This document shows positions 19,692 to 27,453 of a stretch of DNA of 32,000 nucleotides, piece by piece. Each line of letters starts with the position of its first letter. Positions within the stretch are counted from its first letter, which is position 1. Source of the stretch: Pirellula staleyi DSM 6068 (lineage in GTDB: Bacteria; Planctomycetota; Planctomycetia; Pirellulales; Pirellulaceae); assembly GCA_000025185.1 (NCBI GenBank), contig CP001848.1, positions 1,920,001-1,952,000 of the forward strand, read 5' to 3'. Both the position numbers and the translations under genes were made by a program. The notes below the pieces were generated by a model. That model searched no databases, was not told the origin of the DNA, and saw only the letters and a list, made by a program, of their open reading frames with translations.

Positions 19692-20294
19692 TTGAAATAC
19701 TGGGGGAGAGTCTGCCTACTGGTCTTGGTGGCGATTGTGGAGCCATCGAGGGGCAATTGGGCTTTCCCACGTTTGCAGGAAAGGGTTGAAGCGATCGACC
19801 GGATTACGACGCGAGTGAACGAGCAGATACGCATTTCGCCTGTTCGTGTGATTGGTGACGATGGAGCCCAGCTGGGAATCATGCCGGTAGACCAGGCCCT
19901 CTCGAAAGCACGAGAGAGCGATCTGGATCTGGTGGAAGTTGCGCCGAACGAGCGCCCCCCAGTCTGCCGCATCATGGACTTCGGCAAGTACAAGTACGAG
20001 AAGAAGAAAAAGGCGCAGCAGCCGACTCACCAGGTCAAAACCAAGGAAATTCGCCTCCGCCCCAAAACGGGCGATCACGATATCGAGTTCAAGGTGAAGC
20101 AGGCCGTTGGGTTCCTGCAGCACAAGGACAAGGTGCAGGTGTCGGTGATCTTCCGCGGTCGCGAACTCGCGCACATCGAAGAAGGTCGCAAGGTGATGGA
20201 TAAAGTGGTGTCGGAACTCCTCGAGTTCGGCAAGCTTGAATTCCCACCGCAGCAGCAAGCCAAGCGCATGATTTGCACGATCATGCCGAAGTAG
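19692..20294 (+). CDS. infC: translation initiation factor IF-3 (true start probably internal to this ORF)
   Basis: [24 protein letters not shown]...[27 protein letters not shown]...[17 protein letters not shown]...[10 protein letters not shown] is collinear with IF-3 N- and C-domains. The N-terminal roughly 35 codons of the tracked ORF have no IF-3 counterpart. Candidate starts are GTG 19728/19737 and ATT 19734/19803. Confidence 0.9.
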   Translation: MKYWGRVCLLVLVAIVEPSRGNWAFPRLQERVEAIDRITTRVNEQIRISPVRVIGDDGAQLGIMPVDQALSKARESDLDLVEVAPNERPPVCRIMDFGKYKYEKKKKAQQPTHQVKTKEIRLRPKTGDHDIEFKVKQAVGFLQHKDKVQVSVIFRGRELAHIEEGRKVMDKVVSELLEFGKLEFPPQQQAKRMICTIMPK

Positions 20295-20328
20295 TTAATA
20301 GCTACCTCCAGCCTCTGACTGAAACAGC

Positions 20329-20366
20329 AGCCGCCCGATGAGCCAACTCGTCAGGCGGCTTTTTTG
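20329..20366 (+). terminator. Rho-independent terminator of infC
   Basis: AGCCGCCCGATGAG (20329..20342) pairs with CTCGTCAGGCGGCT (20347..20360) over a 14-position stem. It has a CCAA loop, one mismatch and one G-U pair. TTTTTTG follows. Confidence 0.75.
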
Positions 20367-20416
20367 TTGCGCTGACGAGTGGCTGTTGTAGCTCATCGAT
20401 TCGAAATCGACAGGCG

Positions 20417-20463
20417 CAAAAAAGAAGGGGCCTGACGCTCGCGGTTAGCAAACATCAGGCCCC
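20417..20463 (-). terminator. Rho-independent terminator on the minus strand (ends the orphan small transcript)
   Basis: The minus strand reads GGGGCCTGA-(19-nt loop)-TCAGGCCCC followed by TTCTTTTTTG. It is convergent with the infC terminator about 50 bp away. Confidence 0.6.
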
Positions 20464-20538
20464 CGGGAATCTCGAGTCAGAATCGGGTGATCCTGTCGAG
20501 GTTTGGTGGCTGCCATAGCAAGCGCAGCCCGCCGGCTG

Positions 20539-20684
20539 TTAGCAGGCGCCACCTCGGCTGGTACAGAAACAAATCACTAGACCACCTCCTTTCTCACTAG
20601 AACAATCTGCCCTTGGCTGCGATGCCGTAGAATGCAGCCGGTACAGAGAAAACTAGTCCGTCGCACTGCGTTAATGCGACCCAT
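20539..20684 (-). other. candidate small structured transcript carrying two overlapping micro-ORFs (35 aa and 12 aa)
   Basis: ATG 20684 opens MGRINAVRRTSFLCTGCILRHRSQGQIVLVRKEVV, which ends at TAG 20579..20577. GTG 20577 opens MICFCTSRGGAC, which ends at TAA 20541..20539. The extended SD AGAAAGGAGGTGGTC lies at 20594..20580. See the findings. Confidence 0.3.
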
Positions 20685-20957
20685 CTACTTGAATCTTACT
20701 AGGGAGCGACGTGTGGGCAAGAGAAAAATCTGCAGCTTCCTCTCGATCGCTGCCCATCGGACCGCTCCCAGCGATACCAGCAGACGAACTAGATGATAGA
20801 CCGGTCCGATCGGCAAAGGTTCACCCGCTGGTCAACAAAAAATGATTGCGCTGCAAAATGGTCCGCATGGTCTGCCAGCATGCCTCTTTCGGGGCGACTG
20901 GCGGACGTTTTTGTCGAGCCGAGCCTCGTCATGGCTGGCGCCGATCGACGGACACCG

Positions 20958-21926
20958 CTACTGCTTGCTATCACTCTTGGCTCGCAAATGTTTTTGGAAA
21001 AAGGTGAGGATCTTTTCGCGCATTTCGGGAGTGCTGAACTGAGGCCCACCATGTCCGGCCCCTTTAAGCACGACAAGCTCCGAGGGGACACCCGTTTTTT
21101 CGAGCGCTGCTTGCAGCAGCTCACTCTGGCTCAGCGGAACCACGGGATCTTTGTCGCCATGCATGTGAAGGAAAGGTGGATCATCCTCCGTGACGTAGGT
21201 GATCGGATTCGCTTGTTTCGCGAGTTCTGTTTTCTCCTTGATCGGGCCGCCAACCAGCTTCGACTCTGGTGAATTGGGGCGGTCGTGCGAGCCACCCATC
21301 GCCACCAAGTCGGTAGGACCGAACCAGTTGCAAACCGCTTGCACGCGGCTGGAAGTTGCATCGTCACCCGCAGTGGTTTCAAGCTGCTTCACATCGCCAC
21401 TGGTGCCCACCAGCGCGACGAGGTGTCCCCCTGCCGATGATCCCCAGACCCCAAAGTTGTCGGGATCGAGGTGGTATTTGTCGGCGTTCTTTCTGAGAAA
21501 ACGAATCGCCGCTTTGCAGTCTTCAATCTGAGCCGGAAAAATCGCATGCTGGCTCAGTCGATAGTTGATGCTGGCGACGGCAAATCCCTGCTCGGTCAGT
21601 GGAATCGCGGGGCAGTTTTCTTTGCTCCCCGCTTGCCACGCGCCGCCATGAATCCAAATCACGAGGGGTAGCTTCGTTCCCTCCTTCATATCCTCGGGCA
21701 GATAGATGTCGAGCTTCTGACGCTCGTGACCTTGCTCGATGTAAGGAACGTCGGCTGTCCGCTTGATCCCCTCGGGAAGTCGGCGCTGCTGAAGTGGCTG
21801 ACGCTTGGTCGCCGGCGCTTGTCCCCAAGCTGCTGAGGAAGCGGCGCTGAGTAGACAAATCGAACCCAGCAATAGCGCCAAGAGTAGACGAGGACTCGCA
21901 CAGGAGGCAGATTTCATCGGCAGCAC
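20958..21926 (-). CDS. secreted alpha/beta hydrolase (esterase/lipase type)
   Basis: It has a signal peptide (LLLALLLGSICLLSAASSAAWG), an oxyanion-region IWIHGGAW and a nucleophile elbow GSSAGG (G-x-S-x-G). A late HGDKDPVVP is typical of the acid/His region. Confidence 0.8.
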   Translation of the reverse strand: MLPMKSASCASPRLLLALLLGSICLLSAASSAAWGQAPATKRQPLQQRRLPEGIKRTADVPYIEQGHERQKLDIYLPEDMKEGTKLPLVIWIHGGAWQAGSKENCPAIPLTEQGFAVASINYRLSQHAIFPAQIEDCKAAIRFLRKNADKYHLDPDNFGVWGSSAGGHLVALVGTSGDVKQLETTAGDDATSSRVQAVCNWFGPTDLVAMGGSHDRPNSPESKLVGGPIKEKTELAKQANPITYVTEDDPPFLHMHGDKDPVVPLSQSELLQAALEKTGVPSELVVLKGAGHGGPQFSTPEMREKILTFFQKHLRAKSDSKQ

Positions 21927-22051
21927 GCTTTCGTGGACTGGCTTCGGTTGGTGGCAGCGATGGACCCCATCGGCCTACAACTCATAGAACCCAGAACTAG
22001 CGCGAGGGCATCGAAAGAAGCTGCAATTTTCTCGAGAAAGCGTGCGAGCCG

Positions 22052-23089
22052 CTATTCTACTACCACGGGGGCGTCGACAGCAGCATTGGCGGGAGAGATG
22101 GGGGTGCCATCTTCGTTGACTTGCTGCATCACAAACTTCACGACCGGATTGGCCGTGGCATTCGCCGCTTTGAGAGTTTGCTTCACATAGCGCTGGGGCA
22201 GTCGCTCTTCGGGGACCTTAAAGTTGTCCCCCTTTTGCAAGATTGGGCGAGCTTCATTCATCTTGGCAAAATCGTAAGCGGCACCGGCAGCCTGACAGGG
22301 ATACCAGTGCCCCTTCCCTTCAGCATCTTCGAGGTAGAACTCGGGATAGCAATGACCAGGGACCCACACCGCGCGGGCTGGGATTTTGCTGGCGCGACAG
22401 AAGGCGATGAAGAGGCTCGAAAGCTCTTCGCAGTCTCCCTTGCGAGCCTCGAGCGCTTCGATGGCGGGGGAAATCTTCTCAGCAAACTCGTAACGCACAT
22501 TTTCACGCACCCACTTGAAGATCGCTTCCGATTGATCCCAAGGAGCTTCCACTTCGCCAGTGATTTCGGGAAGGAGCTCGCGAATCTTCTTATCGGTGCT
22601 TTCGATGAAGGGGCTTGGCTTTAAGTACTTGGAGACAGTGGCAGCCGTTTTCCGTGGCAGCAGCGTCGCAGTTCCATCGCTGGGGGGCGTGATGGCCCGT
22701 TTGGTGATTTGCAGCGTGACGACAGCGCGAGCTTCGTCTCCCATCGCTAAGCGAGGAATGGTGACCACCATTTGCGTCACACCATCAAGCTTTCGGTAAC
22801 TCACTTTACCGACGAGAGGTGTGATCTCCTCTCCCATCTTCTTCACCGCTTGCTCGGGCCAGGCGGTGGGAACAGGAAGCGTCGCCACAATGCCGTTGAC
22901 TGCGCCGGCGGGTGAGCTCACCACCACGCCAAACTGCCAGTAGGAAACAATTTCCCCCTCAAGCTGAATGGCTGCAGGGGATGTTGCAGTAGACGCCTGT
23001 TGCGGCGCAGCTTGCACCTCTTGTCCACGCGCGATGGGTGTCGCGAGTAGCGTAAGCAGCGCTAAGGTGACCAGCGGTATCGCGCGCAT
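22052..23089 (-). CDS. secreted transglutaminase-like (papain-fold) domain protein, Cys/His retained
   Basis: It has a signal peptide (MRAIPLVTLALLTLLATPIARG). The core motif is GDCEELSSLFIAFCRASKIPARAVWVPGHCYPEFY, with Cys at codon 22430..22432 and His at codon 22352..22354. The start is set at ATG 23089. Confidence 0.7.
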   Translation of the reverse strand: MRAIPLVTLALLTLLATPIARGQEVQAAPQQASTATSPAAIQLEGEIVSYWQFGVVVSSPAGAVNGIVATLPVPTAWPEQAVKKMGEEITPLVGKVSYRKLDGVTQMVVTIPRLAMGDEARAVVTLQITKRAITPPSDGTATLLPRKTAATVSKYLKPSPFIESTDKKIRELLPEITGEVEAPWDQSEAIFKWVRENVRYEFAEKISPAIEALEARKGDCEELSSLFIAFCRASKIPARAVWVPGHCYPEFYLEDAEGKGHWYPCQAAGAAYDFAKMNEARPILQKGDNFKVPEERLPQRYVKQTLKAANATANPVVKFVMQQVNEDGTPISPANAAVDAPVVVE

Positions 23090-23175
23090 GACAACCTGAC
23101 TCAAGAGGCGTGGAGTTCCATCGATCGTAACACGACGGGCGCTGCACTGACGAGCATTTCGCGAAAGCATGCCGA

Positions 23176-24144
23176 CTACTGCACCGGTTCCAAGCGTCGC
23201 ACGAATTCCACCTGCGGCTTGCCGAGCGCCTTCTTACCGGTGAAGAATTCCGGGACAAAACGATAAGGTTCTTTTCGTTCAGGGACGCGAATGTTGTCCC
23301 CCTTTTGCAAAATCGGGCGGGTGTCGGTTACTCCACCAAATTCACGAGCACCAGCGACCTGGCAGGGATACCAGTTCCCTTTTTCTTCCGCATCTTCGAG
23401 ATAGAACTCGGCGTAGAGCGAATCGGTAACCCACACAATGCGGGCTGGAATCTTTTGCGAACGGCACGTGGCGACGAACAGCGAGGTTAGATCTTCTTTC
23501 GTCGCACTACCTTCCTTGAGAGCAGCGGCAGCTCCCATTTGTTTGGTGCCACCGAGATTCACTTTCGAGCGCACACCGTCGTAGATCGCTTCGACTTGTT
23601 CCCAAGCGGTTGATTTATCGGCCATCAGTTCTTTGCCGAGCGCTTTAATCTTCGTATTGGTCGACTCGATCAGTGGACTCGGCCCGAGGTATTTGCGCAC
23701 ATCACGTGGCGGATCTTTCGGGATCACAAGCCCCGACGTATCAGCGGGAGGAGCGAGCGCGTTCTTGGTGATTTCGAGCGTTAGAATCGCTGAAGCTTTT
23801 TCCCCTCCAGGAAGCTGTGGTATTTCAAACACCATCTGCTTCACACCACCGTCGATCATTCGAAACTTCAGGTTGCGTGTGTTGGCCGTAATGTCTTCGC
23901 CAACCACCTTTACCGATTGCTCGGGCCAGTCGGTCGGAATGGGAATGGTGCCGAACAGTCCCAAGCAGTCGCCACCGACAGCCTGCACACGGACGCCGAC
24001 TTCCCAAGTTTGTGTGGCGGACTTGTCGAGCTTTGCTCCCCCTGCTGGTTGTGGCTTCGCATCGAACTGGGCCTTCGCCTCGCGATGCACCAGCGTCATT
24101 ACCGCTAGAAAGCCTACCACCGCCATCCATCGCAAATTTAGCAT
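23176..24144 (-). CDS. secreted transglutaminase-like paralog lacking the catalytic Cys and His (probable pseudoenzyme)
   Basis: GGGAGG lies 7 nt upstream of ATG 24144, and a signal peptide is present. It aligns with the downstream paralog, but the core reads ATKEDLTSLFVATCRSQKIPARIVWVTDSLYAEFY. Confidence 0.7.
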   Translation of the reverse strand: MLNLRWMAVVGFLAVMTLVHREAKAQFDAKPQPAGGAKLDKSATQTWEVGVRVQAVGGDCLGLFGTIPIPTDWPEQSVKVVGEDITANTRNLKFRMIDGGVKQMVFEIPQLPGGEKASAILTLEITKNALAPPADTSGLVIPKDPPRDVRKYLGPSPLIESTNTKIKALGKELMADKSTAWEQVEAIYDGVRSKVNLGGTKQMGAAAALKEGSATKEDLTSLFVATCRSQKIPARIVWVTDSLYAEFYLEDAEEKGNWYPCQVAGAREFGGVTDTRPILQKGDNIRVPERKEPYRFVPEFFTGKKALGKPQVEFVRRLEPVQ

Positions 24145-24800
24145 CGAACTACCTCCCACAGTTGCTCAGTTCTCGTCGATCAGGCTCGCGAGCAAAATCA
24201 GCTGCTCTGCTGCCTGATGCAGGAGCGACTGGCGTGCCAAACGCGCGCGAGCACCTAACTTCAGCATAGTTCGCACTCGCGCGGGAGGCGTAAATGGGAA
24301 GTGCGTGCAGCAGCACGAGTCTGCACGCGGTGCAGAGGTTGGCAGCGCAGATTCCGCGGAAAATCGGCGCGCAGCGATGCAGTCTAGAAAGCATCCGCGA
24401 AGAAAATGGTGCCTGCTCGGAAAACAGGCCGACGGCAGTTGCAGGTGTTTTGCCTGCAGACTGCAGGCGCGAGCAGGCCCGGCTTATGGTTGCCTGCGCG
24501 AGTGATTGATCCGTAAATCAGGCTCCGCTAGCGCGACGGCTGGATGAACATGAGCCATCGCGCTCGCGGAGCATTCCAGTCACGAGTGTCCGGGGATGGA
24601 CTGCAACTGGATAATGGACGAACGTCCGTGGTGGGCTGTGCCAATTTCGACGTGCAGATCGCTTATTTCAAGCGTTCCGCAGCATTTTTCTGATCGTTAG
24701 GCGATCTCGCGATTGCTACACCCCAAGGGAGCAACGCGTGTTTCGGCGGAGACAGTTGTCGACGCGCCAAAACGTCTCGACGGCGTTTAACTCACCGGCG

Positions 24801-25013
24801 TTAGTTCACCGGAGTCACTTCGATCGGACCAGGCAGCACTTGAGGTGCCGATGGTGCGTACATCGTCGTAGCTCGCGGACCAAAACCTGGTTCGCATGCG
24901 GGAGCACAGTTATCACCGCGGCTGAACAAACTCATGAACGGCCGGTTGCATCCGCAGCCCGACACACCGAGCGCGATGATGGCCATGCTGGCCAGCAAAA
25001 ACAACCTTTTCAT
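24801..25013 (-). CDS. small Cys-containing lipoprotein (70 aa)
   Basis: A strong SD (TAGGAGGGG) lies about 7 nt upstream of the ATG. The signal plus lipobox is MKRLFLLASMAIIALGVSGC. The mature part contains four more Cys residues. Confidence 0.65.
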   Translation of the reverse strand: MKRLFLLASMAIIALGVSGCGCNRPFMSLFSRGDNCAPACEPGFGPRATTMYAPSAPQVLPGPIEVTPVN

Positions 25014-25327
25014 CGTAAACCCCTCCTAAAAAACGAACACCGCTTCGATCAACCGGCGGGCGACTCACACGAAAATCACTCCACGGGACCTGAAGCCTCG
25101 AAAACATACCTCGCATGTTGCGCGGAGCAAACGTTCGTGTGGCTTTTTTGCGACATCGGTCGCTATTTCGCCTCCTGTAGGCGTTGCACTTGGCCCAGGT
25201 GCTACAATTGCTACAGCCGCTCGTTGCGTGATAGTTGGCGTCACCTGTGTGTGCAATAAAGCACTGTCGATCACTCGCGCCACTGGTCGATGGACCATCG
25301 AAGCACCTCTACCTAGGTATTCTCGTC

Positions 25328-26491
25328 ATGAACTACGCCCTGATGCTTGCTTCGCGATATCGCGACTATCTGCAAGTGCGCATGTGCGCGGCTGTGGCGA
25401 TTGTGCTGGCTGTAGCGACTTTGCTGGTGCTCACCGGTTCTTCCGAAACTCGCGCTGCTGATCCTGCACTCTCCCCCGATTCGACACTGCCCCCGGTCAA
25501 GTGCGTGACGGAGTTTCGAGTCCGCGAGCAAGATGCGATCTGGCTCATCGGCACGCGCCATCTCGACTGCAATGTCTCGAACTTCTCACCATCGGTCCAT
25601 CGCTTTGAAAAGGGGTTTTGGGTTGCATCGACTCTCGAGGAGTTTTATGCCACCGATACCGAAGTGGTGATCGATCCGATTTCCGAGAAAAAGGTCGGCC
25701 GCTACACGACGTTCTGGGTTCACGGCAATCGGATCGATGCCAATCAGGCTGCCAGCGACGGATTAACCTTTTATTTCGAACTGGCAGGACGGACCGAAAC
25801 GACCCCGCCGATTCGCCATGTGATATGGACCTGGCCTAGCACACAAATTAAAGGCCCGATTCGCGACGTGCGCAGCAAAGCGGCCCGCTCTGATGTCGAG
25901 GCAGCTTACCTCGGTATGTTCATGGGAGGGATGAATCCCGGGGTTCAGCTCCGCGTGATTGGCTACAGCTATGGAGGCCGCATCGTCACCGGCGCGATGC
26001 ATATGCTTGGTAACGGCACGTGGATGGGACTGACCCTGCCCGAAGGAAAACGCCCCAATGCACGGGTCGCTTTGTGGGTTCCCGGCGAACATTGCCACTG
26101 GCTCCTGCCGGGGCATGCCCACGGCAATGCAATTCCAGCCGCCGACGCCTGGCTAAGTCTCTACAACCGCTGCGACGAGGTGTTGTGGCGCTATCCCAAA
26201 CTCGATCCGTGCGACGAGAGTCAGGCACTTGGATTCGCTGGGCTTTGCAACGCAGCGTCGCTTCCAGCCGATTATTCCGAGCGCTGGAATGAGTGGAGCG
26301 TCAATCACCTGATTGGTGCCGAGCACAACATGCGACTCTACTGGGGCTCGCACGAAGTTATCAGCCGAACGCGCTCACACCTGTTTGCTCCGCTCGAGAA
26401 GCAAGCGCTGGCGAGCCAAACCAAGGCGAAGACTAACGTCAAAACGGTTAGCGCAGCGAAGCTCAGCACGACTCAAGCCTTAGCCCCCTGA
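25328..26491 (+). CDS. alpha/beta hydrolase-like protein, DUF900-like
   Basis: It has an N-terminal anchor/signal (AAVAIVLAVATLLVLTG). The motif order is WVHGN ... TWPS ... VIGYSYGG (G-x-S-x-G), which matches my recollection of DUF900. The start is taken at ATG 25328. Confidence 0.5.
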   Translation: MNYALMLASRYRDYLQVRMCAAVAIVLAVATLLVLTGSSETRAADPALSPDSTLPPVKCVTEFRVREQDAIWLIGTRHLDCNVSNFSPSVHRFEKGFWVASTLEEFYATDTEVVIDPISEKKVGRYTTFWVHGNRIDANQAASDGLTFYFELAGRTETTPPIRHVIWTWPSTQIKGPIRDVRSKAARSDVEAAYLGMFMGGMNPGVQLRVIGYSYGGRIVTGAMHMLGNGTWMGLTLPEGKRPNARVALWVPGEHCHWLLPGHAHGNAIPAADAWLSLYNRCDEVLWRYPKLDPCDESQALGFAGLCNAASLPADYSERWNEWSVNHLIGAEHNMRLYWGSHEVISRTRSHLFAPLEKQALASQTKAKTNVKTVSAAKLSTTQALAP

Positions 26492-26501
26492 GAACACTCC
26501 G

Positions 26502-27437
26502 GTGAATGAACCGATCGCCTATCTGCAAGGTTCGTGGCTCCCGCTCTCGCAGGCGAGTGTTAGCGTGCTCGATGGCGGATTTGTGCAGGGGGTGACCATT
26601 GCCGAACAGCTTCGCACCTTTGGTGGCCAACTCTTTCGGCTCGAGCGCCATCTAGAGCGGCTGTCGCGGTCCCTCTCGATCGTCGGCGTCGATCCGGGGC
26701 TCACGCTGGAGAAGATCGCCGAACTAGCCTACGAGACTATCGCGCGGAATCGGCAGCTCGTCGAGCCGGCCGATGATCTCGGGCTGACGATGTTTGTGAC
26801 TCCCGGCGTCTACGCGACCTTCAGTGCACTAGCGCGACAGCCGGGACCTGCGGTCGGCATTCATGCCCAGCCCCTCCCTTTCTTTCAGTGGCACGAGAAG
26901 TATGCGACTGGCGAGTCACTCGTGGTCACCGATGTGATGCAAGTTCCGGGTGCTTGCTGGCCAACGGAACTCAAATGCCGTAGTCGCATGCACTACTTCC
27001 TAGCCGATAAACGTGCGCGTGAGATCGAGCCCGGAGCCCGCGCACTGATGCTCGACGAAACGGGGCATGTCACCGAGGCATCGACTGCGAATGTGGTGAT
27101 TTATCGCGCGAGTGAAGGGCTTGTTTCACCCCCGCGCGAGAGCATTTTGCCTGGCGTGAGTGTTGCCGTCCTTGAGGAACTAGCCGCGAAACTGGCGATT
27201 CCTTTTGTGCATCGTCGGCTGTTGCCTGTCGATTTTGAAACAGCCGACGAAGTGCTGCTCTGTAGCACAAGTCCTTGCGTCTGGTCGGTCACGCGGGTGA
27301 ATGGCAAAGCGATCTCGGCGAGCAAACCCGGTCCGATAGCCGCTCGCTTGCAAGCTGCGTGGAGCGACCTAGTGGGGCTCGACATTGTCGCGCAGGCCCG
27401 TCAATTTGCCACGCGCGCGTTCCCTCAAAAATCGTAG
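26502..27437 (+). CDS. aminotransferase class IV (BCAT / D-amino-acid aminotransferase / ADC lyase fold)
   Basis: Fold-type IV landmarks are a GTG start 10 nt after the previous stop, LDGGFVQGVTIAEQLRTFGG, FRLERHLERL, TELKCRSRMHYFLA (candidate PLP Lys), EASTANVVIY and ESILPGVS. Confidence 0.85.
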   Translation: MNEPIAYLQGSWLPLSQASVSVLDGGFVQGVTIAEQLRTFGGQLFRLERHLERLSRSLSIVGVDPGLTLEKIAELAYETIARNRQLVEPADDLGLTMFVTPGVYATFSALARQPGPAVGIHAQPLPFFQWHEKYATGESLVVTDVMQVPGACWPTELKCRSRMHYFLADKRAREIEPGARALMLDETGHVTEASTANVVIYRASEGLVSPPRESILPGVSVAVLEELAAKLAIPFVHRRLLPVDFETADEVLLCSTSPCVWSVTRVNGKAISASKPGPIAARLQAAWSDLVGLDIVAQARQFATRAFPQKS

Positions 27438-27453
27438 CCAGCGATGTGCGTGC

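Noticed and set aside
20578-20596. The plus-strand GACCACCTCCTTTCTC resembles the 3' end of 16S rRNA, suggesting an rRNA fragment.
   Set aside because: There is no further 16S-like sequence upstream (nothing resembling the helix 45 region). The more economical reading is an extended Shine-Dalgarno on the minus strand.
20577-20684. The 35-aa micro-ORF loosely resembles ribosomal protein bL36 (basic N-terminus, CxxC, I-L-R-H, G-x-I-V-L-V, then VIC in the next ORF).
   Set aside because: The spacing of Cys/His ligands does not match bL36. The similarity is only pattern-level, and it needs a frameshift to extend. I keep it as speculation only.
24149-24509. ORFs 24149..24394 (-), 24294..24509 (+) and 24305..24505 (+).
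   Set aside because: They overlap one another inside the inverted-repeat-rich spacer. Their translations are Arg/Ala/Cys-rich with no recognisable features.
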